This document shows, in pieces, positions 56,170 through 64,000 of a stretch of 64,000 nucleotides of DNA. The notes beneath the pieces are model-generated. The model was not told the origin of the DNA and did not search any database. It saw nothing but the letters and a program-made list of their open reading frames with translations. Position numbers and translations under genes: made by a program. The DNA is from Candidatus Omnitrophota bacterium (GTDB lineage Bacteria > Omnitrophota > Omnitrophia > Omnitrophales > Aquincolibacteriaceae): positions 4,553 through 68,552 of the forward strand of contig JACPXM010000024.1 of NCBI GenBank assembly GCA_016196545.1, read 5' to 3'. Every line of letters begins with the position of its first letter. Position 1 is the first letter of the stretch.

Positions 56170-57393
56170 ATGAGATTAAAGATGCTTTCTTGGTTTCAAA
56201 AAAAAGAAAAATCACTTAAGATCGAGACGCCAAAGCCAGTCTCCTCTGCCGAAAAAAGAAGAGCAGTGCGCATTTCCTCGGCATCGGTTCGCTTTACCCT
56301 TCGTTCTAAAGGCGAGCCTGTTTCCAATTGTGAGCTTGCGGATATGAGCACTCTCGGAATCGGTATTTATCTCGACCAGGATCCCGAAGATACTGAGGCA
56401 ATCTTTTCATTTCATGAACCCGATACGCTTGCGGGCCTTGAATTAAAAGCTCAAAAGGTACGAACCTTTACAAAGGCAAGGCCCAACGGAAAGGAAGGTT
56501 TTCTTGTTGGCTATGAATTTCTTTTCCATTCTCCCGACCAGCAGCAGCAACTCATCCGATGGCTTGTGACTCAGCTCCAGGAGGAATCCGAAAAACTGGA
56601 TCTAAAGCAGGAAATTAAGCCTTCTTACAGCGCATCCTTTTATCTCGATCCCTCCACCCAGCTTGACATTCGCATGCCGGAAAATTCTGAAGAGTATGAG
56701 CAGGCTTTATCTCTCATTACCGGTTTATCCGTCTATCATGCCCTCTCGCATACTAAGTTTTTTATTGCAATTCACAAAGGAGAAGTCGCGGCATTGATTC
56801 CTCTCATTCCCGACACGGTGCCTTTCAAGCTTCAAGCGGATTCTCTTTATCACGAGCATTTGAGTTCCCTGCGATCTATGAATCGTCAACTTGGGCAAAT
56901 CGGAGCTCCTTATTTCAAGGAAGATTTAAAATTTTTCCGGAATCCTGCTACCGCTCACCTTCATAAATTAAAGCTTCTATTCTCTTTGATGCCTCATGTG
57001 ATTACCTACGCAAAAAACTTTGCCCATTTAACGGATCTTGTATCCCTTGTCCCCCCTCATCTTGAGGAGTTTTATCGCCTTTGGATGTTTCGTGAACTGG
57101 GAGAAGATGCAAAATATATCGATTTGAAATCCCATCAAATCCGAAAAGGCTATCGGTTGATGTGCCTGGACTTAAAAGAATTTCATGAAAAAATGGGCCA
57201 GACACGGCCCGAGCTTGAAACCACCGTCGTTCGATTTTTGAGGGATCCAGCGCTCTTAAAGCATTTTGAGCACAGCTATTTTCCCGAGGTAGAATTGATC
57301 CAAAAATGGTTCAAAGAAAAAAATAATGTCCTGCAGAATCTAACGCAAGAACAATGCGCTTACTTTAAGACCCTTTACCCCACCCTCGTCTGA
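56170..57393 (+). CDS. PilZ domain protein with a C-terminal GNAT-like (N-acyl amino acid synthase/FeeM-like?) domain
   Basis: The N-terminal PilZ domain has RRAVR (RxxxR) and DMSTLGIG (DxSxxG). The C-terminal ~250 aa (IRMPENSEEYEQALSLI..YH, FIAIHKGEVAALIPL, LKLLFSLMPHVITYAKNFAHLTDLVSLVPPHLEEFYRLWMFRELG, GYRLMCLDL) resemble the acyltransferase pattern ...V.P.H..FY....F...G. The C-terminal call is an inference. Confidence 0.6.
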   Translation: MRLKMLSWFQKKEKSLKIETPKPVSSAEKRRAVRISSASVRFTLRSKGEPVSNCELADMSTLGIGIYLDQDPEDTEAIFSFHEPDTLAGLELKAQKVRTFTKARPNGKEGFLVGYEFLFHSPDQQQQLIRWLVTQLQEESEKLDLKQEIKPSYSASFYLDPSTQLDIRMPENSEEYEQALSLITGLSVYHALSHTKFFIAIHKGEVAALIPLIPDTVPFKLQADSLYHEHLSSLRSMNRQLGQIGAPYFKEDLKFFRNPATAHLHKLKLLFSLMPHVITYAKNFAHLTDLVSLVPPHLEEFYRLWMFRELGEDAKYIDLKSHQIRKGYRLMCLDLKEFHEKMGQTRPELETTVVRFLRDPALLKHFEHSYFPEVELIQKWFKEKNNVLQNLTQEQCAYFKTLYPTLV

Positions 57394-57451
57394 TCCCAAG
57401 AAAATCTTGTTTCGAAGGTTTGGCTAGGTTATATTCTTGTTTCCTTCACAG

Positions 57452-57528
57452 GGGCAGTTAGTTCAGCTGGCTAGAACGCTTCCTTGACATGGAAGAGGTC
57501 ACAGGTTCAAGTCCTGTACTGCCCACCA
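57452..57528 (+). tRNA. tRNA-Val (anticodon GAC), CCA encoded
   Basis: Hand-folded: acceptor GGGCAGT/ACTGCCC, D arm GTTC-AGCTGGCTA-GAAC, anticodon stem CTTCC/GGAAG with loop TTGACAT, T arm ACAGG-TTCAAGT-CCTGT, then A-CCA. Confidence 0.9.
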
Positions 57529-57534
57529 TTGTTT

Positions 57535-57756
57535 TCAATGATAAATGGGCGTGTGTAAAATGGATTTGACCTCAACTTCTCCCTTGTCTTTTTGAATTTC
57601 TACGGGCGATAGGATCGATGGATTTTCCATTTGGCTTCTTAGCGAGGTTCTGTAACTTTCATCGTACATATCCGCCGTCGTGCGCCTAAAATTTTCTGCC
57701 TCTAAAAGAGAAGCGAACCCAAACATGAATAAGAGAACATAAGCTATCACTTTCAT
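57535..57756 (-). CDS. Small secreted hypothetical protein
   Basis: 73-aa ORF with signal peptide MKVIAYVLLFMFGFASLLEA. It lies 146 nt downstream of the monoheme cytochrome gene on the same strand. Confidence 0.4.
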   Translation of the reverse strand: MKVIAYVLLFMFGFASLLEAENFRRTTADMYDESYRTSLRSQMENPSILSPVEIQKDKGEVEVKSILHTPIYH

Positions 57757-57902
57757 GACGCACCTCCTGTTCCCCTATATCTGATAATAGATTAAGCCTG
57801 ATAGCAGGGATTTTCAATGAGAAATAGGACTTAAATACCCTCTCAATTTACAGACAAATCAACAGAGTGGGGGCGGGAAATTAGGGGCTTATTCGATCCC
57901 AT

Positions 57903-58235
57903 TCATTTGGCATGCTCATACTGAATATAGGCCATTAAGGCTTTCATTTGCTCGCTATCTTCGGCGATGGCTTTGCCTTTGGACTTATTCACCAGATACT
58001 TATTTAGGGTCAGGGGCAGCTTGTCGCCTAATTTAACGAGCATGGATTTTTTGACCGCTTTATCGCTTTTGTGGCACATAATGCACGCATACTTGACGCC
58101 TAAGCCCTCTTTGGTATTGAAAAGATTCCTTCCTTGGGCGACAAGCTCGGGGGACGGCGCATCTTCCGCATGGCAAACCAATGAATTTAGCATGACGACA
58201 ACGATTAAAATAAGAGTGCTGACGCGCGGGTGCAT
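57903..58235 (-). CDS. Periplasmic monoheme c-type cytochrome
   Basis: 110 aa with a signal peptide and a single CIMCH heme-binding motif. Downstream Met residues are available as the sixth ligand. Confidence 0.75.
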   Translation of the reverse strand: MHPRVSTLILIVVVMLNSLVCHAEDAPSPELVAQGRNLFNTKEGLGVKYACIMCHKSDKAVKKSMLVKLGDKLPLTLNKYLVNKSKGKAIAEDSEQMKALMAYIQYEHAK

Positions 58236-58250
58236 ATAGGCCTCCGTTTG

Positions 58251-60326
58251 CTAGCCCCAATGAATCATTGATTTTAACGACACTAAATGAGCATTGTAAT
58301 TGCCCGTATCCGCCAAAGGATTGGCACGATAGTGATAATAAACGTATTCCGGCTCTAAACTGAGATACTCGTTGACCGTCCAACGAAGTCCCGCAGAAAT
58401 ATCCATGAGGATAAAATCAGTTCCCAAAGGCAAACCGATGCTCGTAAAATCATCGAAATTGTTTGCCCGCGTAAGATGCAGACCGTTTGATAATGCTATC
58501 GAGTCTGTGATGTCCCATTGGGTATTCACGAACCAACTTGTGTGATTTGCATTGAAGCGTGGTGTCTGTGCCACCGCAGCCGAGCTGGCTGGTGTATCGA
58601 CCCAAGCCTGTTGACGGGATACGGAGGAAAGAATCAAGAATCGCTGAATCGGTTGAAGTGTGACATCCCAAGTGAAGATGTGGCTATTCATATCGGTTTG
58701 AACCGTTTCCTGATTTTCGACGCGGCTTAAATAATCGCGCGCTTGAAGCTGATACCGAAAGGCGCTTTGAAACCAGCGGCAAGGACGGATGGAAATTTCC
58801 TCCATGAGTTCCGAGGTCGCAATGTTGAGTTCGTCAAAAAATGCGGACCGCGCCGTGGTTCCCGTCGAATCGGTTTCCCGTTTGTCGTCATAATCATTGT
58901 GATTGCGATGAATTCGCAGATGCGATTTCAAATGAACCCTTGCAATCGGAGCAATATGGGCCCCGAGTGTCCATATCCCCCGCCGAATCCAGGTGATCGT
59001 TTCACGGCTAAAGATTTCATTCGCATTCGCTACCGATTGGGCCCGAATGCTGGTTCTGTCCTCGCTCAGCCAATTTTTGATCTGCTCAAATTCGAATTCG
59101 TTATAAATCGCGGTTCTCGGGATTGCGGTGAAACGAATATGAAAGGCCTCGCCCCATTGCCCCACCTTATTGTCATTGCGGCTTAGTTCTGTGGTATTGA
59201 TCTGGCCGTCCGGTGTTCCCAAGGCCGTTGTGATATCGTTCGGATAAGAGGAATTTCCGTGTCTTTCGATGGCCTCTGTTTTGAGCTTTCCCGTCAAGGT
59301 CAGCCATTTCCACGGAGTCACCCTAATATTTTCAACCCACGTGTGGGCATCATAGTCATTATCCGCCCGGGCATTTCGAATTTGTTTGGGATTCCCAAAA
59401 TTAAACGGAGTCCCCCGCTCATTGAGTTCGAAAATGTTTTCCATCTCTTGACTCTTGAGATGAAGAAAATGATAGGCAGCACCCGCAAAAGTTTTCTCTT
59501 CTTGAAACCATTTCTCGGCGCTTAAGGTAGTTGTCAGTACCGTTGATTTCGGAACCTGATCCTGAACCCGGATACGTCTGTTTTGCAAATTGGCAACATT
59601 GGTCGAGAGCCCCTTTTCCTCCCGGGAGAGTTCTGCGCTTTCGATCTCCCAGCTCTGCTCGCCCTTAAGGAGCACCCCCTTGATTTCTTTTTCTGCGCGA
59701 AGCGTAAAAGTATCTATCGATTCGTCGATTTGTTGCCACGAGGGTCCAATATTTCGCGTGAGCCCGCCGACAATCACAGGTGTCCACGTTAACCGGGATT
59801 TTGTCCCATCCTTAAACCGGTGTTCATACAAAAAAACAATGTGAGGCCAATCTTCCACAGTGAGTCCCGTCTCCACGCTGAAGCGTCCGATATCGAGCTC
59901 TAATTCCCGGTCGAGATCGTTCACGAATAATTCCGGAAAAGGATGATAAACGCCTCCCGAATCATCATAAAAATGGCTGAATTCTTTATACCGGATCTGG
60001 ACATATCCAAGATTTTTCTTCTCAATATCCGCTTGAAAGTCGTAATCATTATCCTGAACAATGAATCGACCTTCTAAATCCGCAGCAATTTCTTCAGAAA
60101 GATTCTCTTCTTCGACTTTAATCTCATCCGCGCCACCCCCATAGCCTTCTCGAAACCAATGGTGTTCCCTGAATTTTTCCTCATCTCCCTGAACAAAAAT
60201 ATAGCGCAGGGGCTGAGCCTCGAGAGAAACCGGTGAAGAATCCGCCCAAACCTGTTTTAAAAAAAGCACCGCCAACGCGCCAAAAAGTACGACTCCAAAT
60301 TTTCTATCACGATTTCTTAGCCTCAC
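58251..60326 (-). CDS. Large outer-membrane beta-barrel protein, MtrB/PioB/MtoB-like porin candidate
   Basis: 691 aa with signal peptide ...LFLKQVWA-DSS and aromatic/Gly/Asn/Thr/Arg-rich alternating beta-strand-like sequence throughout. There are no hydrophobic helices. Its start lies 3 nt downstream of the octaheme cytochrome stop, and its size is close to MtrB (about 700 aa). Confidence 0.55.
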   Translation of the reverse strand: MRLRNRDRKFGVVLFGALAVLFLKQVWADSSPVSLEAQPLRYIFVQGDEEKFREHHWFREGYGGGADEIKVEEENLSEEIAADLEGRFIVQDNDYDFQADIEKKNLGYVQIRYKEFSHFYDDSGGVYHPFPELFVNDLDRELELDIGRFSVETGLTVEDWPHIVFLYEHRFKDGTKSRLTWTPVIVGGLTRNIGPSWQQIDESIDTFTLRAEKEIKGVLLKGEQSWEIESAELSREEKGLSTNVANLQNRRIRVQDQVPKSTVLTTTLSAEKWFQEEKTFAGAAYHFLHLKSQEMENIFELNERGTPFNFGNPKQIRNARADNDYDAHTWVENIRVTPWKWLTLTGKLKTEAIERHGNSSYPNDITTALGTPDGQINTTELSRNDNKVGQWGEAFHIRFTAIPRTAIYNEFEFEQIKNWLSEDRTSIRAQSVANANEIFSRETITWIRRGIWTLGAHIAPIARVHLKSHLRIHRNHNDYDDKRETDSTGTTARSAFFDELNIATSELMEEISIRPCRWFQSAFRYQLQARDYLSRVENQETVQTDMNSHIFTWDVTLQPIQRFLILSSVSRQQAWVDTPASSAAVAQTPRFNANHTSWFVNTQWDITDSIALSNGLHLTRANNFDDFTSIGLPLGTDFILMDISAGLRWTVNEYLSLEPEYVYYHYRANPLADTGNYNAHLVSLKSMIHWG

Positions 60327-60328
60327 GA

Positions 60329-61081
60329 TTAATACCTCAAATGGTCGTCAAAATTGGAGCCGTGAACCGCGGTATGACAGCCGGCGCTAAAACAGGTTCC
60401 CTGCGGAAGTCGTCCGCCATGCCCTTGTCGGCCGATGATCGGGAAATTCATCTGGGTGTGACATCTCAAACACAACATATTGTCCCGCGCAACCAACATC
60501 TTTGCATGAAGCGACCCATGAACCTGATGGCAAGTCGTGCAACCTTCGCGCACCGCTTCATGCTCCCAAACAAAAGGACCCTTTTGCTCTTTATGGCAAT
60601 GGAGGCATGCCTCGTTAATTCCGGAAAGTGTCGTTGCCGACCACGGCCTGACATCCGCCCCATGCGCACTATGGCAATCGCTACAACTCATCTTCCCTTC
60701 TAAGACAGGATGATGGGAAGGCAATTGAAATTGGAATTTTTTATCTGTGTGGCATGTAAAACACGAGGAAGGATTTGTCTTGGGATTGACAATGTTATCC
60801 GTGCCTCCCCCCTTATCGACATGCAAACTCGCCGGCCCATGGCACATCTCGCAACCATGAACTTCAGATTTTCCCTCGGGGATATCGATTCTGGAGTGAG
60901 TCGATTGTAAAAATTCTTTAGCTTCCTTTTCATGGCATGCGGCACAGGATTCAGAACCCACAAATGCAGCGCCCTTGGCATCGAGAGATTGAAAAGGGAA
61001 CCTATCTTTTGGGTTCTCCCCGAGCAAGGGTGAACAGAATAGAAAAAGCATCAGAATAAAAGGATATCGCATGTATAACAA
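60329..61081 (-). CDS. Periplasmic octaheme c-type cytochrome (MtrA/MtoA/OmaB-like)
   Basis: 250 aa with a signal peptide. There are seven CxxCH motifs (C46, C77, C107, C133, C159, C181, C204) plus one CxxxxCH (C230-C235-H236), about one heme per 29 residues. The C-terminal CH..VHGSN signature is as in MtrA/DmsE/NrfB-type multihemes. Confidence 0.8.
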   Translation of the reverse strand: MLYMRYPFILMLFLFCSPLLGENPKDRFPFQSLDAKGAAFVGSESCAACHEKEAKEFLQSTHSRIDIPEGKSEVHGCEMCHGPASLHVDKGGGTDNIVNPKTNPSSCFTCHTDKKFQFQLPSHHPVLEGKMSCSDCHSAHGADVRPWSATTLSGINEACLHCHKEQKGPFVWEHEAVREGCTTCHQVHGSLHAKMLVARDNMLCLRCHTQMNFPIIGRQGHGGRLPQGTCFSAGCHTAVHGSNFDDHLRY

Positions 61082-61085
61082 AAGA

Positions 61086-61604
61086 TTATTTTAAAAACCA
61101 GGGCAATTGATTGTTTGTAATTTTTAGGAATAGGGGCAATAACCACATCTCATAAAGGGGCCGGCCCAACAAAAGAAAAAAAGAAATCGCCATGAGGGAT
61201 CCAAAAACCATTGCGATCCACGCAAATAGGGGAGATTGAAAGACCATCAACCAAAAGCTCGCAAAATCGAGGGCCATTCCCACAAAGGGCATACTGATGC
61301 AAACAACTTTGATCTTTTCCGGAAGGTTGGTGAAGGCAAATAAAAGTCCGACAAGAAAAAATAACATCGAAATGCTGAATAAGTGAACATGATGCTCGTG
61401 GATCAGTTTTGAAAAGGCAAATTCGAGGGGAAGTTCCTCACCGACTGCACCGCGATAATGAACGACAACACCCGTAAAACTGAATCCGGTATTATTATAA
61501 ATATTGATTAGACCAAACACATAACTGATTCCTACAAGCATTAAAAACCAAGTCACGAGGAATTTAATGCTCAGGCGAGCTTGAGAGTATTGAAAGTTCA
61601 TCAT
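61086..61604 (-). CDS. 4-TM membrane protein with a His-rich helix (HEHHVH), unknown family
   Basis: 172 aa with four predicted TM helices. The motif LIHEHHVHLFSISMLFFLVG lies at the start of TM2. The stop is 4 nt upstream of the octaheme cytochrome start. Confidence 0.5.
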   Translation of the reverse strand: MMNFQYSQARLSIKFLVTWFLMLVGISYVFGLINIYNNTGFSFTGVVVHYRGAVGEELPLEFAFSKLIHEHHVHLFSISMLFFLVGLLFAFTNLPEKIKVVCISMPFVGMALDFASFWLMVFQSPLFAWIAMVFGSLMAISFFLLLGRPLYEMWLLPLFLKITNNQLPWFLK

Positions 61605-61672
61605 ATGCGATTCTCTCCAAAAAAATTATCGGCATATTTTAAAAATAATAAACAAATCGATCGCCCTGGCAC

Positions 61673-62275
61673 CTAAGGATTGAAAAGGGTCGCTAAATAC
61701 ACCCCCACCTTTTCAAGAGCGCGGGTACGGTGAGAGACTTTAAATTTCATGTCTTGAGGAATCTCGCCAAAAGTTTTTCCGTAAGGGGGATAAATAAATA
61801 GAGGATCGTAACCAAAACCGTTTTTTCCACGAGGTTCCTTGGCAATCACACCGTGAACTTCCCCATCAAAGGAAGCGAGGATTTTTCCCGATTGAGCAAG
61901 CGTTGCAACACATTTAAAATAGGCGCCGCGGCAATTATCCGGAACTTTTTCAAGGAGCCTTAAGAGTTTCTGATTGTTGTCGCCATCGTTTTTTCCCTCG
62001 CCGGAAAAACGCGCAGAATAAATGCCGGGGGCGCCTTCCAGGGCATCACAACAAAGCCCGGAATCTTCGGCCAGCGTCATCAGACCCGTTTGTTGGGCAT
62101 ACCCCACCGCCTTCAGTTCCGCATTTTTCTCAAACGTTACGCCACTTTCAGGTACTTCTTGAATAGGAGATAAATCCCTTAGACTGACGATTTCAAGATC
62201 CAAATCCTGCAGGAGGGAGCGTATCTCGGAGTATTTTTTCTCATTGGTTGTGGCAACAAGCAGGGATTTTTTCAT
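61673..62275 (-). CDS. rdgB: dITP/XTP pyrophosphatase (HAM1/RdgB)
   Basis: LLVATTNEKKYSEI, EDSGL, GFGYDPLF and SHRTRA motifs. Confidence 0.9.
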   Translation of the reverse strand: MKKSLLVATTNEKKYSEIRSLLQDLDLEIVSLRDLSPIQEVPESGVTFEKNAELKAVGYAQQTGLMTLAEDSGLCCDALEGAPGIYSARFSGEGKNDGDNNQKLLRLLEKVPDNCRGAYFKCVATLAQSGKILASFDGEVHGVIAKEPRGKNGFGYDPLFIYPPYGKTFGEIPQDMKFKVSHRTRALEKVGVYLATLFNP

Positions 62276-62283
62276 CTGGCTGA

Positions 62284-63000
62284 TTAAAGATGGGTGTTTC
62301 TTTTTTGAATCTCGATTAATTCCGCGATCCCTTTTTTGGCCAAAGCAATGAGTCGGGATAATTCTTGATTGGAAAAGGGATTCCCTTCGGCGTTTCCCTG
62401 CACCTCGACAAATTTACCGGATCCCGTCAGCACAACATTCATATCCACCTCAGCCTTGGAATCTTCCTGGTAACAAAGGTCAAGACAAGTTTTTCTCCCA
62501 ACAATGCCCACACTTACAGCCGCAACATATTCCGTAATGGGATTTTCTTGAATCAAGCCACCCTTTCGAAGTTTTTCTATCGCTTCTGCAAGTGCGATAA
62601 AACCACCGGTAATGGAGGCCGTGCGTGTTCCCCCATCCGCCTGAATGACATCGGCATCAATCCAAATGGTTCTTTCGCCCAATTTTTTCATATCGACCAC
62701 GGAGCGCAGGCATCTTCCAATCAGTCTTTGAATTTCCTGGGTTCTTCCCGAAAGACGTCCTTTTGTGGCCTCACGGGCCATGCGTTCGTTTGTGGACGCA
62801 GGAAGCATGCCATATTCGGCGGTCAACCACCCCTTGCTTTGATTTTTCAAAAACTGAGGGACTTTTTCCTCGACGCTTGCGGCACAAATCACCCGTGTGT
62901 TGCCCATTTCAATCAAGCAGGAGCCGTAGGCGTTTTTTAAATATCCTTTCTTAATCGTAACTTTCCTTAATTCGGCATATTTACGTCCGTCGGGCCTCAT
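62284..63000 (-). CDS. rph: Ribonuclease PH
   Basis: MRPDGR...[29 protein letters not shown] and [18 protein letters not shown] motifs. Confidence 0.95.
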   Translation of the reverse strand: MRPDGRKYAELRKVTIKKGYLKNAYGSCLIEMGNTRVICAASVEEKVPQFLKNQSKGWLTAEYGMLPASTNERMAREATKGRLSGRTQEIQRLIGRCLRSVVDMKKLGERTIWIDADVIQADGGTRTASITGGFIALAEAIEKLRKGGLIQENPITEYVAAVSVGIVGRKTCLDLCYQEDSKAEVDMNVVLTGSGKFVEVQGNAEGNPFSNQELSRLIALAKKGIAELIEIQKRNTHL

Positions 63001-63011
63001 GGGAATCTCTC

Positions 63012-63725
63012 CTATCGAAGGTTAAGAATGCGGTGAAACCGGGGGAGGATACGAAGGTCGCGATGAATCGCCATCCCGCGTTTTTGCATTTCCATTAAAA
63101 AATCCATAAGTTCCAGATCTTCATGACCTTCTCTCTGATTGGAAACCGGCTGTAAAATGACCGGACTGCCCGGAGCGTACTTTTCAATCAGTTTCAAGGC
63201 TTCTTCAAATTCTGGGAAAAATAGATCTTTAGAGACAATGATTTTAACAAACAACTCTTTAGTTTGAGCCTGTTTGATAAATTGTTCGTGCTCACCGATG
63301 AAATTGTCTTCCTTGGTAACGCTCGGCAGCTTGATGTCCATGGCAATCAAGTCACACCCACCAATGACTTCTTCCAAGGCCTTTCCTAAAATGCCGTTGG
63401 TTTCCAAATAAATCCGAAAGCCTTTGGCCTTAAGAAGCGGCATAAGAGATTTTAGAAATGAGACATAAAGAAGCGGTTCCCCTCCGGTCAGACTCACAAA
63501 GGAATGGGGACCCGAGGTGGTTTCCAAAAGATTGACCTGCTCTAAAACCTCTTCAAGCGTGAAGTCCCGTCCCTTTTTATGCAGTTCATCACAATATTCA
63601 CAATGAATATGGCATTCCTCAAATCGGATGAAAAGATGCCGCTGGCCGGCAAGAGTTCCTTCGCCTTGCAATGAAGAAAATATTTCTGAAATACGAGCGG
63701 TTTTAGACGTTGGGGGATGCTGCAT
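63012..63725 (-). CDS. queE: 7-carboxy-7-deazaguanine synthase (radical SAM)
   Basis: [33 protein letters not shown] is the QueE N-terminus with a CxxxCxxC-type cluster, followed by SLTGGEPLL. Confidence 0.85.
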   Translation of the reverse strand: MQHPPTSKTARISEIFSSLQGEGTLAGQRHLFIRFEECHIHCEYCDELHKKGRDFTLEEVLEQVNLLETTSGPHSFVSLTGGEPLLYVSFLKSLMPLLKAKGFRIYLETNGILGKALEEVIGGCDLIAMDIKLPSVTKEDNFIGEHEQFIKQAQTKELFVKIIVSKDLFFPEFEEALKLIEKYAPGSPVILQPVSNQREGHEDLELMDFLMEMQKRGMAIHRDLRILPRFHRILNLR

Positions 63726-64000
63726 AATAAATCAGAGGATCTTCGAGGCCGGCTTCTTGAAATCCCTTTTGACGTATGCGGCAGGCATCACAATCTCCAC
63801 AAGGCATCTCCTTGCCCTGATAGCAGGACCATGTTTTTTCAAAGGGCACCTTCAAGGACGCGGCAAGAAGGATAATGGTCCGTTTGGAGAGCCGCAACAA
63901 GGGGGCTTCAATCTTCAATTTTTTTCCATTGAATCCCTGTTTGGTGCCAAACTTAATCATTCGTTCATAGGCAGCGAGGTAGTCAGGGCGGCAATCGGGG
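63703..64000 (-). CDS. queC: 7-cyano-7-deazaguanine synthase, C-terminal part (5' end beyond the window)
   Basis: The C-terminal Zn-binding motif SCYQG...CGDCDACRIRQKGF is present. The frame stays open upstream of the listed Met to the window edge (PDCRPDYLAAYERM...), so the gene is truncated by the window. It overlaps queE by 23 nt. Confidence 0.85.
   Translation of the reverse strand, partial: PDCRPDYLAAYERMIKFGTKQGFNGKKLKIEAPLLRLSKRTIILLAASLKVPFEKTWSCYQGKEMPCGDCDACRIRQKGFQEAGLEDPLIYYAASPNV

Noticed and set aside
61605-61672. TGGCAC motif (61662-61668) between rdgB and the cytochrome module, considered as a sigma-54 promoter for the module
   Set aside because: The motif is on the + strand and points away from the minus-strand cytochrome genes. 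No TTGC lies at the correct spacing.
1-64000. CRISPR arrays, rRNA genes, long tandem repeats, prophage or defence-island gene sets
   Set aside because: Intergenic spaces are almost all under 300 nt. None shows regularly spaced direct repeats, and no cas, restriction-modification, toxin-antitoxin or phage structural genes were recognised. My visual scan cannot exclude short dispersed repeats.

Overview
The window looks like a chromosomal segment from a diderm bacterium, because it carries LptD, ADP-heptose pathway genes and sigma-54. GC content is moderate and I cannot assign a lineage from sequence alone. Gene packing is tight, with many 1-4 nt stop/start overlaps, and strand bias is extreme: only rpoN, one lipoprotein gene, one PilZ-fusion gene and tRNA-Val are on the + strand.

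Contents, left to right:
- 15-13007: a 10-gene envelope-glycan operon. It encodes ugd, a TviB/TviC-like pair, UDP-xylose synthase, gmd plus a reductase, a GT2 polyprenol-P glycosyltransferase and three large polytopic GT-C/YfhO-type membrane proteins.
- 13-22 kb: lptD, two tandem membrane GGDEF cyclases, an orphan MalK-like ABC ATPase, accD and, divergently, rpoN.
- 21729-23042: an IS481-like element with about 45-bp imperfect terminal inverted repeats, wedged between rpoN and tRNA-Thr(CGU).
- 23-25.8 kb: Nudix hydrolase, a DUF62 SAM-cleaving enzyme and a split membrane GGDEF.
- 26.3-32.8 kb: an uncharacterised co-directional block. It holds a CheY-like receiver, a 1317-aa fusion protein (signal-like N-terminus, TraB/GumN/TIKI-like domain, a complete UDP-glucose-dehydrogenase module, and an extra Cys-less half module), an 88-aa protein and two tandem paralogous secreted six-Cys proteins.
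- 33-37.9 kb: a visibly GC-richer stretch with a Pif1-like helicase, an SSF transporter, small proteins and fxsA, ending at tRNA-Gly(CCC).
- 37.9-46.6 kb: housekeeping genes, namely a PfkB kinase, thiE, hldC, gmhA, a probably PPi-dependent PFK, accC/accB, aroQ, an unlisted Trm112-like small ORF, and LPG_synthase_TM-like and DUF1844 genes.
- 46.8-48.3 kb: two tandem STAS-PilZ genes followed by a clear intrinsic terminator.
- 48.4-56 kb: rarA and the thrS-infC-rpmI-rplT-pheS-pheT block, preceded by an unlisted 31-aa highly basic ORF.
- 56.2-57.5 kb: a PilZ protein with a GNAT-like C-terminal domain, then tRNA-Val(GAC).
- 57.9-61.6 kb: a four-gene porin-cytochrome-like module (4-TM His-rich protein, periplasmic octaheme cytochrome, 691-aa outer-membrane beta-barrel, monoheme cytochrome c).
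- 61.7-64 kb: rdgB, rph, queE and a partial queC.

No rRNA genes, CRISPR arrays or obvious defence systems were seen. All protein-family calls come from motif recognition by eye and no searches were run.
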